Shown: positions 28,072 through 39,099, counted from the stretch's first letter. The stretch: DNA of 56,750 nt from Actinomycetes bacterium (GCA_021794645.1 JAJYQK010000101.1:337-57086), one strand, 5' to 3'. Notes: generated by a model from the sequence alone, not told the origin. Translations and numbers: made by a program.

Positions 28072-29466
28072 GTGACGACCGAGACACCAAGCGAAGAGAG
28101 CCGAAGCCGCCTTCTTCGCCAGAAAGGGCCGTCGGAGGGAAGGCCGGCACCGGAGGCATCCCTTTTCGAAGAGGTCGTCAACCTCTGCAAGAGGAGGGGA
28201 TTCGTCTTCCCCTCCTCGGAGATCTACGGCGGCATGCGCTCGACCTACGACTGGGGTCCGCTCGGCGCCCTCCTCCTCCAGAATGTCCGGAAGGCGTGGT
28301 GGCGGGCGATGGTGCAAGAGCGCGACGACGTCGTGCCGATCGAGGCAGCCGTGCTCACCAACCCCAAGGTGTGGGCTGCTTCGGGCCATCTCGCCACCTT
28401 CACCGACCCACTGGTCGACTGCCGCAAGTGCAAGGAGCGGTGGCGAGCCGACCAGATAGGCGACACCTGCCCCAACTGCGGCTCAAAGGACCTCACCGAG
28501 GCGCGGCCTTTCAACCTCATGTTCAAGACCTTCGTCGGCCCGGTCGAGGAGGAGGCTTCCGTCGCCTACCTGCGACCCGAGACGGCCCAGGGGATGTTCG
28601 TCAACTTCTTGAACGTGCTCCAGTCGACGCGAAAGCGCCCGCCCTTCGGCATCGCCCAGATCGGCCGCTCCTTCCGCAACGAGATAACCCCCGGAAACTT
28701 CGTCTTCCGCACGCGAGAGTTCGAGCAGATGGAGATGGAGTTCTTCGTGCCGCCTGCCGAGGCTGACAGCTGGTTCGAGTACTGGTGCCAGCAACGGCAC
28801 GCCTGGTACGAGCGGTACGGCATCCCCTCGTCCTGGTTGCGCCTGCGCCCCCACGAGCAGGAGGAGCTCTCGCACTACTCGGTCAGGACCTCAGACATCG
28901 AGTTCCTCTTCCCCTGGGGCTGGGGCGAGCTCGAGGGCATCGCCAACAGGACCGACTACGACTTGCGCGTCCACTCGGAGGCCTCCGGGGTGCGTCTTGA
29001 GTACTTCGACCAGGCGAGCGGGGAGCACTATCTCCCCTACGCCATCGAGCCGGCCGGAGGCGTCACCCGGGCGGCCATGGCCTTCCTGCTCTCTGCCATC
29101 GACGAGGACGAGGTGGCAGGCGAGAAGCGGAGCGTGCTGCGCCTCCACCCGCTCATCGCCCCCTACCAGGTGGCGGTGCTGCCCCTCTCGAAAAAGGAGA
29201 CCCTCACCCCCCTTGCCCGCAAGGTGCTCGGTGAGCTGCAGCGGACCTTCACCTGTGACTACGACGAGACCCAGGCGATCGGCCGGCGCTACCGGCGCCA
29301 GGACGAGATCGGCACCCCCTACTGCGTCACCATCGACTTCGACTCTCTCGAGGACGACCAGGTGACGGTGCGCGAGCGCGACACGACAGCCCAGGTCCGC
29401 CTCCCCATCTCCGGGCTGGTCGACCACCTCTCCGCGGAGCTGCAGGCCTCAGGCGGCGCTTTTTGA
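28072..29466 (+). CDS. glyQS: Glycine--tRNA ligase (class II, homodimeric type)
   Basis: VVNLCKRRGFVFPSSEIYGGMRSTYDWGPLG, FRNEITPGNFVFRTREFEQMEMEFF, and a C-terminal anticodon-binding domain. Start is uncertain: GTG at 28072 or GTG at 28021. Confidence 0.9.
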   Translation: MTTETPSEESRSRLLRQKGPSEGRPAPEASLFEEVVNLCKRRGFVFPSSEIYGGMRSTYDWGPLGALLLQNVRKAWWRAMVQERDDVVPIEAAVLTNPKVWAASGHLATFTDPLVDCRKCKERWRADQIGDTCPNCGSKDLTEARPFNLMFKTFVGPVEEEASVAYLRPETAQGMFVNFLNVLQSTRKRPPFGIAQIGRSFRNEITPGNFVFRTREFEQMEMEFFVPPAEADSWFEYWCQQRHAWYERYGIPSSWLRLRPHEQEELSHYSVRTSDIEFLFPWGWGELEGIANRTDYDLRVHSEASGVRLEYFDQASGEHYLPYAIEPAGGVTRAAMAFLLSAIDEDEVAGEKRSVLRLHPLIAPYQVAVLPLSKKETLTPLARKVLGELQRTFTCDYDETQAIGRRYRRQDEIGTPYCVTIDFDSLEDDQVTVRERDTTAQVRLPISGLVDHLSAELQASGGAF

Positions 29467-30141
29467 CGGGGGCGGCTCAGGCAGCTCCAGCAAGAGGTAG
29501 CTGCGGGTGCTCGGGTGCTCCCCGCCGGCCGGCAGCCGGTCGAGCCGGGCTGTCAGGCGGAGGCCGGCGCTCTCGGCGGCGGCGATCTCACGGGCGGGGT
29601 CGAGGAAGTAGAAGCTGAGCTCGACGGGCTCTCCCATCCAGCTCTCGAGGCGGCGACAGTCCCCCGGGCGGGCCTCGGCGTCGCCGGTGTGGAAGGCGAC
29701 AAGGGCTGAGCCGCCCGGAGCGAGCACCCGGGCCATCTCGTCGTAGGCGACTGCCCGCTCCTCTTCTGTCAGGTGAATCAGGGCGTACCAGCAGACGAGG
29801 CCGGCGAGGCTGCTGTCGGCCAGCGGAAGATCGACGAGGTCGCCAGCAGCAGAAGGGACGCCCCGCCCGAGCGCCCGGCGACACATCCCCGGGGAGAGGT
29901 CGACGCCTAGCGCAACGACACCGCCGCGCGCCAGCTCGGCTGCGACGTGACCCGGACCGCAGCCGAGGTCGGCCACGACTCCCCCGCTGCAGCGCTCGAC
30001 AAGGGCTGCGAGGAGAGCTCGATCGAGGGGCTTGGAGTTGAGCTCGTCCCCGATCGCCTCGTCATAGCTGGCGGCGATGGCGTCATAGCTCTGCCGGCTG
30101 GGGCGGTGGGAGGCCGCCCCCACCCGCTCAGGTCGCGCCAT
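29449..30141 (-). CDS. Class I SAM-dependent methyltransferase
   Basis: Motif I VADLGCGPGHVAAELA and motif post-I ALGVDLSPGM. Confidence 0.75.
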   Translation of the reverse strand: MARPERVGAASHRPSRQSYDAIAASYDEAIGDELNSKPLDRALLAALVERCSGGVVADLGCGPGHVAAELARGGVVALGVDLSPGMCRRALGRGVPSAAGDLVDLPLADSSLAGLVCWYALIHLTEEERAVAYDEMARVLAPGGSALVAFHTGDAEARPGDCRRLESWMGEPVELSFYFLDPAREIAAAESAGLRLTARLDRLPAGGEHPSTRSYLLLELPEPPPSKSAA

Positions 30142-30832
30142 CTGCGCCGAAGGGGACGAAGCTGTCGAAGGCGGGCTCCGGCCTCGGGTCGGGCAGTCGG
30201 TAGGGACGAAGCCTCGTCGGGCGACCGGCCGGCTCCCGATGCCACGAGAGGTTCAGCTCGAAGTAGCGGGCAGCCGTGGCGACCGAAGGCCAGTCACAGT
30301 CGTCGAGGACCACCAGTCCCCCCGGGCGCACGAGCTCGTGGAGGTAGCAGAGGTCCCGGAAGACGTTGTGGAACAGGTGGCTGGCGTCGACGAAGGCGGC
30401 GTCGACGACAACACCCTCTGCCAGCAGGCGGGGCAGGACCAGCTCAGACCGCTCGCGCAGCAGGGTGCAGATCGTGCCAAGGCCTGCCTTTGCGAGCACC
30501 TTCCATCCCTCGTCCGCGAAGTCGCCCTGGTAGGCGTCGACGATGAGGTGGCGCCCCCGGCCCGCCCCCGTGGCTACAAGCGCCTCGGCGATGGCGAGCG
30601 CCGAGGCGCCGTAGGCGAGGCCCACCTCGATGACCGCTCTTGCTCCCTCGGAGACGAGGAGATCACGCAGAACGTCCCCGTCGGCGGAGGGAAGCGATAC
30701 CCGCTCGAAGTCGCCCGGCCGGCGGGAGCGGTCCGGCCCGGCACCGGCCAACCTCTCGCGGGCGGCCCGCACCCCGGCCAGCAGCTCCGCCTGGCTCACC
30801 ACGAGAGAAGTATCGCTCTTGCGCCCGCACAC
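30128..30832 (-). CDS. Class I SAM-dependent (O-)methyltransferase-like protein
   Basis: VIEVGLAYGASALAIAEAL...DAAFVDASH...PGGLVVLDD resembles the Methyltransf_24/O-MT fold. It overlaps the downstream methyltransferase gene by 14 nt. Confidence 0.6.
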   Translation of the reverse strand: MCGRKSDTSLVVSQAELLAGVRAARERLAGAGPDRSRRPGDFERVSLPSADGDVLRDLLVSEGARAVIEVGLAYGASALAIAEALVATGAGRGRHLIVDAYQGDFADEGWKVLAKAGLGTICTLLRERSELVLPRLLAEGVVVDAAFVDASHLFHNVFRDLCYLHELVRPGGLVVLDDCDWPSVATAARYFELNLSWHREPAGRPTRLRPYRLPDPRPEPAFDSFVPFGADGAT

Positions 30833-30983
30833 CGCCCGCCCGGCCGAGGCCGTGCTGGCGGCCGTCGACTGCCGCCGAGCTCGCCGCTGCCGCTCGCGAG
30901 CCGCCCTGGCTGCATTTTTTCCTCCTCGAACTGGTCGTTAGGCTCCCCTCAGAACCGTGAGGAAAGAAGGGCGACAAACAACG

Positions 30984-33629
30984 ATGGGCTACGTCTTCGA
31001 CTTCGACCACGAGCACCCCCGGCCCCCGATGGAGCTGAAGAGCCTTCTCGGCGGGAAGGGCGCCAACCTGGCGGAGATGACCTCTGTGCTCGGGCTGCCG
31101 GTTCCCCACGGCTTCACCATCTCGACAGACGCCTGCCGCGCCTACATGGCAGAGGGCTGGCCGGACGGCCTGAGCGACGAGGTGGAGAGCCATCTCGAGG
31201 CGCTGCAGGAGAAGATGGGGCGCCGGCTGGGGGACCCGACAGACCCCCTGCTCGTCTCGGTCCGTTCCGGTGCCCAGTTCTCGATGCCCGGCATGATGGA
31301 CACGGTCTTGAACCTGGGCATGAACGACGCCTCCGTGGCAGGCGTGGCCAAGCAGACAGGCGACGAGCGCTTCGCCTTCGACTCCTACCGCCGTTTCATC
31401 CAGATGTACGGGCGCATCGTCCTCGGCATCTCCGGTGAGACCCTCGACGAGCCGCTCGACCGGGCGAAGGAGGCGGCCGGCGTGACGAACGACGCCGCCC
31501 TCGGCGCCGGCACGCTGCGGGAGCTCGTCGAGGAGCTGAAGGAGCTCGTCGAGACCAAGACGGGCAGCCCTTTCCCCCAGGACCCGGCCGACCAGCTGCG
31601 GGGTGCCATCGAAGCCGTCTTCTCCTCGTGGAACAGCCCGCGCGCGGTCGCCTACCGGGCCCGTGAGCGCATAGCCGACGACCTCGGCACTGCCGTCAAC
31701 GTGCAGGCGATGGTCTTCGGCAACAGAGACGACCGCTCGGGAACCGGGGTCGGCTTCACCCGGGACCCGGCCACCGGGGCGCAGGGCGCCTACGGCGACT
31801 TCCTCGTGAACGCCCAGGGCGAGGACGTGGTCGCCGGTATCCGCAACACCGAGCCCCTCTCGGCCCTGTCGGACCGCTTCCCGGAGATCTACGAGGAGCT
31901 GATGGACATCTTCGCCCGGCTCGAGGCGCACTACCGCGATATGTGCGACACCGAGTTCACGATCGAGCAGGGAAAGCTCTGGATGCTCCAGACGCGGGTG
32001 GGAAAGCGCACCGGGAGGGCCGCTTTGAGGATGGCGGTCGACATGGTCTCAGACGCTGTCATCAAGCTCTCGACGACCGAGGCGGTGCAGAGGATCACCG
32101 CCGACCACATCGACCAGGTGCTCCACCCGCAGTTCAAGGAGGGAAGCTCCCTCGAGGTGCTGACAAAGGGCCTCGGCGCCTCGCCGGGAGCCGCCGTCGG
32201 AGAGATCGTCTTCAGCGCCGATGAGGCGGCCGCCCGGGCGGCCGAAGGCCACGACGTCATCCTCGTGCGGAGCGAGACGAGCCCCGAGGACGTCCACGGG
32301 ATGCTGGCGGCCAAGGGTGTGCTGACCGCCCGGGGCGGCCTCGTCTCGCATGCCGCCGTCGTCGCCCGCGGCTGGGGCAAGCCGGCCGTCGTCGGGGCCG
32401 AGCAGCTTCGCATCGACGCCAAGTCGGGCCGCCTCACTGTCGGGAGCCGGACGCTCGAGGCCGGCGAGGTGATATCGATCGACGGCACGAGCGGCGAGGT
32501 GGTGGCCGGAGCGGTCGAGCTGACCCTGGCCGAGCCGCCTGCCGAGCTGGAGCAGATCCTCTCGTGGGCCGACGAGATAAGGGGAGACAAGCTGGGGGTG
32601 CGGGCCAACGCCGACAACGGCCCCGACGCCGAGAACGCCCGCCGCCTCGGGGCCGAGGGCATCGGGCTGTGCCGGACCGAGCACATGTTCCTCGGTGAGG
32701 AGCGCCTCCCGATCGTCCGCCGCATGATCCTCGCCAAGGGCGAGGAGGAAGAGTCGGCTGCCCTCGAGGAGCTGCGGGTCGCCCAGAAGGCCGACTTCAT
32801 CGAGATCCTGGCGGCGATGGACTCCCTCCCCGTCGTCGTCCGCCTCCTCGACCCGCCCCTCCACGAGTTCCTGCCCGACGTCGAGACTCTGGCGGTGAAG
32901 CAGGCGGCCGAGGGGCTGAGCGAGGAGGAGGAGCGCCTCCTCGAGGCCGCCCGCTCGTGGCGGGAGGTGAACCCGATGCTCGGGACCCGCGGCGTGCGCC
33001 TCGGCGTCATGAAGCCGGGGCTCTACGCCATGCAGGTCCGCGCCCTCATGGAGGCCGCCCTCGAGCGGGCGAGGGCGGGAGGCCACCCGGTGGTGGAGGT
33101 GATGATCCCCCTCACCATCTCCCGCAACGAGCTGGCGCTCGCCCGCAGCTGGGTGGAGGAGGCGATCGAGGCGACCGGGGCCGCCGGCGATGGGGGCGGC
33201 CGCATAGAGGTGGCCATCGGCACCATGATCGAGACGCCGCGAGCCGCCCTCGTCGCCAACGAGATCGCCCAGGTGGCCGACTTCTTCTCCTTCGGCACCA
33301 ACGACCTCACCCAGATGACCTTCGGCTTCAGCCGCGACGACGTCGAGGGGCGCATGATGAGCACCTATCTCGACAAGGGGCTGCTGCCGGCCAACCCCTT
33401 CGAGAACGTCGACCCGGACGGCGTGGGCCTCCTCGTGCGCATGGCGGTCGAGAAGGGGCGAAGCATGAAGCCGGAGCTGACGTGCGGGGTCTGCGGGGAG
33501 CACGGCGGAGACCCGCAGTCGATCGAGGTCTTCTACCGCGCCGGACTCGACTACGTGAGCTGCTCTCCCTTCCGGGTGCCGATCGCCCGGCTGGCCGCCG
33601 CCCATTCGGTGCTCGCCGGCAACAGCTGA
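30984..33629 (+). CDS. ppdK: Pyruvate, phosphate dikinase
   Basis: LLGGKGANLAEM, phospho-His loop GGLVSHAAVVARGWG, PEP-utilising C-terminal domain with CGEHGGDP. ATG at 30984, downstream of GGAAAGAAGGG. Confidence 0.9.
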   Translation: MGYVFDFDHEHPRPPMELKSLLGGKGANLAEMTSVLGLPVPHGFTISTDACRAYMAEGWPDGLSDEVESHLEALQEKMGRRLGDPTDPLLVSVRSGAQFSMPGMMDTVLNLGMNDASVAGVAKQTGDERFAFDSYRRFIQMYGRIVLGISGETLDEPLDRAKEAAGVTNDAALGAGTLRELVEELKELVETKTGSPFPQDPADQLRGAIEAVFSSWNSPRAVAYRARERIADDLGTAVNVQAMVFGNRDDRSGTGVGFTRDPATGAQGAYGDFLVNAQGEDVVAGIRNTEPLSALSDRFPEIYEELMDIFARLEAHYRDMCDTEFTIEQGKLWMLQTRVGKRTGRAALRMAVDMVSDAVIKLSTTEAVQRITADHIDQVLHPQFKEGSSLEVLTKGLGASPGAAVGEIVFSADEAAARAAEGHDVILVRSETSPEDVHGMLAAKGVLTARGGLVSHAAVVARGWGKPAVVGAEQLRIDAKSGRLTVGSRTLEAGEVISIDGTSGEVVAGAVELTLAEPPAELEQILSWADEIRGDKLGVRANADNGPDAENARRLGAEGIGLCRTEHMFLGEERLPIVRRMILAKGEEEESAALEELRVAQKADFIEILAAMDSLPVVVRLLDPPLHEFLPDVETLAVKQAAEGLSEEEERLLEAARSWREVNPMLGTRGVRLGVMKPGLYAMQVRALMEAALERARAGGHPVVEVMIPLTISRNELALARSWVEEAIEATGAAGDGGGRIEVAIGTMIETPRAALVANEIAQVADFFSFGTNDLTQMTFGFSRDDVEGRMMSTYLDKGLLPANPFENVDPDGVGLLVRMAVEKGRSMKPELTCGVCGEHGGDPQSIEVFYRAGLDYVSCSPFRVPIARLAAAHSVLAGNS

Positions 33630-33783
33630 GCTTCCCCCGGCGGCGGCTCTGCCAGCGCCCTCGCCATAAGAAGAGGTCGGGCCGTCGGCGCCGACCGGCC
33701 TCGTGACCCCGCCGGAGGTTGTCTCGCGCCTGGCCGGCGGGGGCGGGGCAGCTGACACCGCCCTGTTGTACGGTCGGCTCGCC

Positions 33784-35688
33784 ATGGCTATCCCCGACGA
33801 GGACGTCGCCGCCGTCAGGCAGGCAACCGATGCGGTCGCCCTCATCGGCGAGTACACCCAGCTGAAGCGGGTCGGCCGGCGCTTTGTCGGCCTCTGCCCC
33901 TTCCACTCGGAGAAATCCCCCTCTTTCAGCGTCAACGCCGAGGAGGGCCTCTACTACTGCTTCGGCTGCCAGGCCTCCGGTGACCCCATCACCTTCCTCA
34001 GGGCTATCGAGGGGCTGAGCTTCGTGGAGGCCATCGAGCGCCTGGCGGCGCGAAGCGGCGTTCGCATCCGCACCGACGCCGAAGGCGCCGACAAGGAGGC
34101 TCGTGACAAGCGCCAGGCCCTCTTTGACGCCATGGAGAAGGCCGTGGCCTTCTACCACGAGCGCCTCATCTCCCATCCCGATGCCGCCCGGGCTCGCCAG
34201 TACCTCCGCTCTCGCGGTCTCGAGGGCGACATGGTGCGGCGCTTCAAGCTGGGCTGGGCGCCGGAGGGAGGCAACCAGCTGGCGAGGGCCCTGCGGCTCC
34301 CGACGGCGGCTCTCGCCGGTGCCGGCCTTGTCGTGCAGGGGAACTACGGGCCGCGAGACACCTTCCGGGGTCGGGTGATCTTCCCGATCTTCCAGGCCGA
34401 CGGCAAGGCCGTCGCCCTCGGTGGGCGCCTGGTGCCCGGCATCGGGGACGGCACTGGACCGAAGTACCGCAACTCGCCCGAGACGGCGATCTACCAGAAG
34501 CGCTCCACGCTCTATGGCCTCAACCTCGCCCGCCAGGCGATCGTCCAATCTGGCGAAGTGATCGTCTGCGAGGGCTACACAGACGTCATCGGCTTTCACC
34601 GGGTCGGCCTCGGCCGGGCTGTCGCCACCTGTGGCACCGCTCTCACCGACGATCACTTCAGGCTCCTCTCCCGCTTCGCCCGCCGCATCGTCCTCGCCTT
34701 CGATGCCGACGGGGCCGGTCAATCGGCCGCTGCCCGCTTTTATGAATGGGAGCGGCGTCATGAGGTCGAGGTGGCCGTGGCCGACCTGCCGGCCGGGAAC
34801 GACCCGGGCGATCTCGCCTCCGCTGACCCCGAGCGCCTGCGCGCGGCCGTCGAGAAGGCCCGCACCTACCTCGAGTTCCGTCTGCACCGGACCCTCGCGG
34901 GTGGAGACCTGCGCACCCCAGAAGGAAGGGCGAAGGTGGCCGAGGCCGCTCTGGCCGTCGTGGCGGAGCACCCGAACGACCTCGTTCGGGACCAGTACCT
35001 CGCCGAGGTGGCCGACCGCACCCGGATCGACCTCGAGCGGTTGCGGGGACGCCTCGGCGCCGCTGTCGAGCGCCACCGCTCCCCCCGCCGGACGCCCGCC
35101 GCTCCCGGACCGGCGGGAGGCGAGCGAGAGAGCCAGGCCGGCAACCCGCCGGTCGGTGAGCCGGCAGCTCCTGTCCGGACCCGCCGTCAGGCCCGCACAC
35201 CGGGGGAGAGGGCCGGGCGAGACGCCCTCGCCCTCGCCATCCACGAGCCTGCCGCCATGGCCGGCCGACTCGACGTCGCCCTGTTCGGCGAGCCGGTGCA
35301 AAGGGAGGCCTTTGCCGCCCTCTCCGCGGCAGAGTCCCTCCACGCCGCCATCGAGGCGGCCGCGGACGAGGCGAGCGAGCTGCTCGTCGAGCTCGCAAAC
35401 TCCGACCCGGACATCAGCGTCGACCAGGCGGTCGTCGCCCTCGTGCGGGCGGCCTCCACCGAGGTGGTGGCCGAGCTCGAGGCCGAGGTGCGAGCGGCCC
35501 AGCAGGCCGAGGAGGGCGAGCGGATCGCCCAGGCGGCCTCAGAGGTCGCCTGGCTCAAGTCCGAGCTCGAGCTCTTCAGCGAGGTCGGCACGGGCGAGTC
35601 GGCCCCGCGGGAGGTGACGGAAGCGGCGGAGCGGTTGGTAGCGTGGCTTGCACAAAGGCGGTGCGAATGCCGATCGGAGCGAGCATGA
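33784..35688 (+). CDS. dnaG: DNA primase
   Basis: Zinc finger [28 protein letters not shown]-polymerase core, and [17 protein letters not shown]...AFDADGAGQ. Confidence 0.9.
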   Translation: MAIPDEDVAAVRQATDAVALIGEYTQLKRVGRRFVGLCPFHSEKSPSFSVNAEEGLYYCFGCQASGDPITFLRAIEGLSFVEAIERLAARSGVRIRTDAEGADKEARDKRQALFDAMEKAVAFYHERLISHPDAARARQYLRSRGLEGDMVRRFKLGWAPEGGNQLARALRLPTAALAGAGLVVQGNYGPRDTFRGRVIFPIFQADGKAVALGGRLVPGIGDGTGPKYRNSPETAIYQKRSTLYGLNLARQAIVQSGEVIVCEGYTDVIGFHRVGLGRAVATCGTALTDDHFRLLSRFARRIVLAFDADGAGQSAAARFYEWERRHEVEVAVADLPAGNDPGDLASADPERLRAAVEKARTYLEFRLHRTLAGGDLRTPEGRAKVAEAALAVVAEHPNDLVRDQYLAEVADRTRIDLERLRGRLGAAVERHRSPRRTPAAPGPAGGERESQAGNPPVGEPAAPVRTRRQARTPGERAGRDALALAIHEPAAMAGRLDVALFGEPVQREAFAALSAAESLHAAIEAAADEASELLVELANSDPDISVDQAVVALVRAASTEVVAELEAEVRAAQQAEEGERIAQAASEVAWLKSELELFSEVGTGESAPREVTEAAERLVAWLAQRRCECRSERA

Positions 35689-36737
35689 GCAGAGCGGAGT
35701 CGCCAGACCCCCCCCTTGAGGAGGAGACCGCCGGCGAGAGGCGAAAGCCGCGCCTCGCCAGCATCCTCGCCGTCGCCGCCGAGCACCACCCGACGGGCAG
35801 CAGCTCGGCAACTGACCCCGTCCGGGCGTACCTGCGGGAGATCGGCAGGGTCTCCCTCCTCACCCAGGAGCTCGAGGTCCTCTGCGCCAAGCAGATCGAG
35901 GCGGGCATCGAGGCGCAGGCCGTCTATGACTCCTGGAAGGCCGAGGGGAAGCTCGACGAGGTGCCCCGGGCCGAGCGGCGCCAGGTGGAGCGGGCGATCG
36001 AGGAGGGCCAGGAGGCAAAGGAGCTCCTCATCGAGGCGAACCTCCGTCTCGTCGTCTCGATCGCCAAGCGGTACCGGGAGAAGGGCATGGCCTTCTTGGA
36101 CCTGATCCAGGAGGGGAACCTCGGGCTGATGCGGGCCGTCGAGAAGTTCGACTACAGACGGGGCTTCAAGTTCTCGACCTACGCCACCTGGTGGATCCGC
36201 CAGGCCATCACCCGAGCCGTTGCCGACCAGGCCCGCACCATCCGCATCCCAGTCCACATGGTCGAGACGATCAACAAGGTGATGCGGACCCAGCGCCTCC
36301 TCTCCCAGGAGCTCGGGCGGGAGCCGACGGTTGAGGAGATCGCCGACCGTCTCCAGCTGCCGGTCGAGCGGGTGCGCGAGCTGCAGCGGATCGGCCAGGA
36401 CACCGTCTCGCTCTCCCAGCCCATCGGAGAGGAAGAGGACTTCAGCCTCTCGGATCTGATCGAGGACCAGAGCGCCGAGGTGCCGGCGGACGCCGCCACC
36501 CGCGTGCTCTTGAACGAGGCGGTGAAGCGCGCCCTCGACGAGCTGACCGAGAGGGAGCAAGAGGTAGTGCGCCTCCGCTTCGGGCTCGACGACGGCCGGA
36601 TCCGCACGCTCGAGGAGGTCGGCCAGATCTTCGGCGTCACCCGGGAGCGCATCCGCCAGATCGAGACGAAGACGCTCGCGAAGCTGCGTCACCCGATGGT
36701 CTCGCGGCCCCTCCGCGAGTACGTGGACGGGGAGTAG
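35685..36737 (+). CDS. rpoD: RNA polymerase sigma factor, RpoD/SigA family
   Basis: Region 1.2 [17 protein letters not shown], region 2 [16 protein letters not shown]...[16 protein letters not shown], region 4.2 [23 protein letters not shown] overlap with the dnaG stop. Confidence 0.9.
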   Translation: MSRAESPDPPLEEETAGERRKPRLASILAVAAEHHPTGSSSATDPVRAYLREIGRVSLLTQELEVLCAKQIEAGIEAQAVYDSWKAEGKLDEVPRAERRQVERAIEEGQEAKELLIEANLRLVVSIAKRYREKGMAFLDLIQEGNLGLMRAVEKFDYRRGFKFSTYATWWIRQAITRAVADQARTIRIPVHMVETINKVMRTQRLLSQELGREPTVEEIADRLQLPVERVRELQRIGQDTVSLSQPIGEEEDFSLSDLIEDQSAEVPADAATRVLLNEAVKRALDELTEREQEVVRLRFGLDDGRIRTLEEVGQIFGVTRERIRQIETKTLAKLRHPMVSRPLREYVDGE

Positions 36738-36746
36738 GCGGCTGGC

Positions 36747-37049
36747 CTAGCGGCCTGAGACGTCTATGGGCCGGCTCTCAGCCGAGCGCGAGCCGCCCCG
36801 CTCCGTCGTGGCAGAAGAGAGCGAGGCACCGAGCAGGTCGGTCATGCGTTCCCGGGCCATCGTGCCGATCGGCCCCTCGACGAGATCGGAGAGGCGCTCT
36901 CTCGCCAGCCCGCTCAGGGCCCGCAGCTTCTCGCTCGCCTCCTCTGGGGCAAAGGGCCGCTGCTTGCCGCCCGTGGCCAAGCCCGCCGCCTTGCGAGCCG
37001 CCCAGGCGCCGACGGCTGCTCCGATCACGAATCCGGTCTTGAACCTCAC
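36747..37049 (-). CDS. Hypothetical small protein with N-terminal membrane anchor (YtxH-like)
   Basis: 100-aa ORF. MRFKTGFVIGAAVGAWAARKAAG is a hydrophobic N-terminus, and the rest is helical and charged. Confidence 0.45.
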   Translation of the reverse strand: MRFKTGFVIGAAVGAWAARKAAGLATGGKQRPFAPEEASEKLRALSGLARERLSDLVEGPIGTMARERMTDLLGASLSSATTERGGSRSAESRPIDVSGR

Positions 37050-37146
37050 CCCTCCTGCTTACCCCGCTTCGCTCACCACCGCCACCGGCCCTGCTCAGCA
37101 GAGCGTTCGAGTGGGCCTCTTCCGAGTCGATAGGCTGACCCGGCGA

Positions 37147-37219
37147 TCCGGGGTAGCTCAATCGGCAGAGCAAGCGGCTGTTAACCGCTAGGTTGAGAGT
37201 TCGAGTCTCTCCCCCGGAG
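37147..37219 (+). tRNA. tRNA-Asn (anticodon GUU)
   Basis: Hand-folded cloverleaf. Acceptor stem TCCGGGG/CCCCGGA, D arm GCTC..GAGC, anticodon stem AGCGG/CCGCT with loop CTGTTAA, T arm GAGAG-TTCGAGT-CTCTC, discriminator G. No encoded CCA. Confidence 0.9.
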
Positions 37220-37233
37220 CTCTTCGGGGCGGC

Positions 37234-37644
37234 TCATCCCGAGCGGTCGGGTCCGGCCTTCTCGAGCGCTACCCGCAGCAGCACGCGCTTCTCGTCGATC
37301 ATCGCCTGGCGGTACTCGTCCCAGTCCGGATGCTCCCCGGCGAGCGAGCGGTAGTAGGAGACCAGCCCCTCCATCGCCTCGGGGAGCGCAATGATCTCGG
37401 CTCTCCCCTCCACCTGGAGCCAAGGACCATAGAAGCCGTCCGAGAAGACACAGAGGACCACGCGGGGGTCTCTACGCAGGTTGCGCACCTTCATGGCAGT
37501 CTCTCGGGTCGAGATGAGAAGCCGCCCCTCTTCGGCGAGAACACAGACCACCGGCGAGAGCTGGGGCGAGCCGTCCCGCTTGTACGTGCCGAGGACGGCT
37601 CTGTGCATGGTCTCGAGCTGCTCCAAGGCTCTGCTCATCTCCAT
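37234..37644 (-). CDS. PPOX-class (pyridoxamine 5'-phosphate oxidase-like) probable F420-dependent protein
   Basis: 136 aa. GTYKRDGSPQLSPVVCVL...LLISTRETAMKVRNLRRDPRVVLCV matches the typical split-barrel PPOX family pattern. Confidence 0.7.
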   Translation of the reverse strand: MEMSRALEQLETMHRAVLGTYKRDGSPQLSPVVCVLAEEGRLLISTRETAMKVRNLRRDPRVVLCVFSDGFYGPWLQVEGRAEIIALPEAMEGLVSYYRSLAGEHPDWDEYRQAMIDEKRVLLRVALEKAGPDRSG

Positions 37645-37704
37645 GTTGGGTCACCCTAGGTCCGCGCTGGCACCCCCACCAGCCACTGTGCGCCAGGCGG
37701 CGCA

Positions 37705-38931
37705 GTGAGGAGGAGGTCACCGGCGCGGCGGCGGAAGCTCTTTCTTGGCGCGGCTTTCACGATCGCCGCCTTGAACCTCCGGCCGACGATTGCGGCTGTC
37801 TCGCCGGTGCTGCAGGACATCCGGCGGACGACCGGCCTCACTGACGTCGGGCTGGCGCTGCTCACGACGCTGCCACTCGTCTGCTTCGGTCTGCTTGCTC
37901 CTGCCGCGCCTGGTCTGGTGCGCCGATTCGGGACAGGGGCGGTCCTTCTCTCCTGTGTCGGGCTCTTGGTGGCAGGCACGATCCTCCGCTCGGTCGGCCT
38001 GGTCGGCCTCTTTGCCGGCACAGTCGTGCTCGGCGTCGGCATCGCGGTCGCCAACGTTCTCATCCCCGGCATCGTGAAAGAGGACTTCCCCGAGAGGGCA
38101 GGCCTCATGACCGGGATGTACACGATGGCGCTCAGCGCCGGGCCGGCGGCAGCGGCCGGTCTGAGTGCCCCGCTCACCCATGCCCTCGGGGGCGACTGGC
38201 GCCTCTCGACTGCGCTCTGGGCCCTCCCGGGTGCTGCCGCCTTTTTCGTGCTCCTGCCCTTGCGTTCCCACCGGCGGCCCTCGAGCCTCGTACCCGCGCC
38301 CCGCCACACCGGGCTGTGGCGCGACCCTGTCGCCTGGGCTGTGACGCTGTTCATGGGCCTGCAGTCGCTCGAGTTCTACTCGGCCCTTGCCTGGCTCCCC
38401 ACGATCTTCTCGAGCCACGGACTCTCGGCCGATGCGGCAGGCGGCCTCCTTGCCGCCACAAACCTGGTCGGAATAGTCGCAGCGCTCTTCACCCCTGCGA
38501 TCACCGAGCGTCTGCCCGACACCCGGATCGCCATCTTCGGGTGCGTCGGCTTCCTGGCTGCTGGCACGGCAGGGCTCATCTTCGCGCCGGGCAGCCTCCA
38601 GCTCTTGTGGGCCGCGCTCCTCGGACTCGGTCAGGGCTCGGCCATCAGCCTTGCCATCTTGCTGATGGTCCTCCGCTCTCACGACCCTCAGCAGGCGATG
38701 CGGCTCTCTGGCATGTCACAAGGGGTCGGCTACCTGATCGCTGCGCTCGGGCCGGCCATGACCGGGGCCCTCCACCAAATCTTTGGTGGCTGGACCATTC
38801 CGCTGTCGGTGCTCCTCGGGATACTTGGCCTTATGGCCGCTTCGGGCTACATAGCCGGTAGAAACGGCAAGATCGGACCTGCAGAGGTCCAGATGGCCCT
38901 CGAGGAGAGCGGTAGCCTCGAGGTCCGTTGA
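37705..38931 (+). CDS. MFS transporter (CynX/YeaN-like)
   Basis: About 12 predicted TM helices. The N-terminal LNLRPTIAAVSPVLQDIRRTTGLTDVGLALLTTLPLVCFG resembles the CynX subfamily. Confidence 0.8.
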   Translation: MRRRSPARRRKLFLGAAFTIAALNLRPTIAAVSPVLQDIRRTTGLTDVGLALLTTLPLVCFGLLAPAAPGLVRRFGTGAVLLSCVGLLVAGTILRSVGLVGLFAGTVVLGVGIAVANVLIPGIVKEDFPERAGLMTGMYTMALSAGPAAAAGLSAPLTHALGGDWRLSTALWALPGAAAFFVLLPLRSHRRPSSLVPAPRHTGLWRDPVAWAVTLFMGLQSLEFYSALAWLPTIFSSHGLSADAAGGLLAATNLVGIVAALFTPAITERLPDTRIAIFGCVGFLAAGTAGLIFAPGSLQLLWAALLGLGQGSAISLAILLMVLRSHDPQQAMRLSGMSQGVGYLIAALGPAMTGALHQIFGGWTIPLSVLLGILGLMAASGYIAGRNGKIGPAEVQMALEESGSLEVR

Positions 38932-38953
38932 AAGCTGTCTGAGGCGGCTGCCA

Positions 38954-39026
38954 GGGCCCGTAGCTCAGTGGTCAGAGCAGGGGACTCATAATCCCTTGGT
39001 CGCAGGTTCGATCCCTGCCGGGCCCA
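38954..39026 (+). tRNA. tRNA with CAU anticodon (elongator Met, or Ile2 if lysidine-modified)
   Basis: Acceptor stem GGGCCCG/CGGGCCC, D arm GCTC/GAGC, anticodon loop CTCATAA, T arm GCAGG-TTCGATC-CCTGC, discriminator A. The paired 1-72 position argues against an initiator tRNA. Confidence 0.9.
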
Positions 39027-39099
39027 CAAGAAGGTTCATCGGATCTCAGCGGGGTCCGCTGTCGGTCGAGATCCGTCAGAACGCGACGAAGGTGCTCCA

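Noticed and set aside
31931-36692. Minus-strand ORFs of 359, 628, 671 and 501 aa
   Set aside because: They lie antisense to ppdK, dnaG and rpoD, all of which are confidently identified on the plus strand.
38954-39026. Initiator tRNA-fMet assignment for the CAU tRNA
   Set aside because: Position 1-72 is a G-C pair, whereas bacterial initiators have a C-A mismatch. The three consecutive G-C pairs of the anticodon stem are shifted (31-39 is A-U). It is an elongator Met or an Ile2 tRNA.
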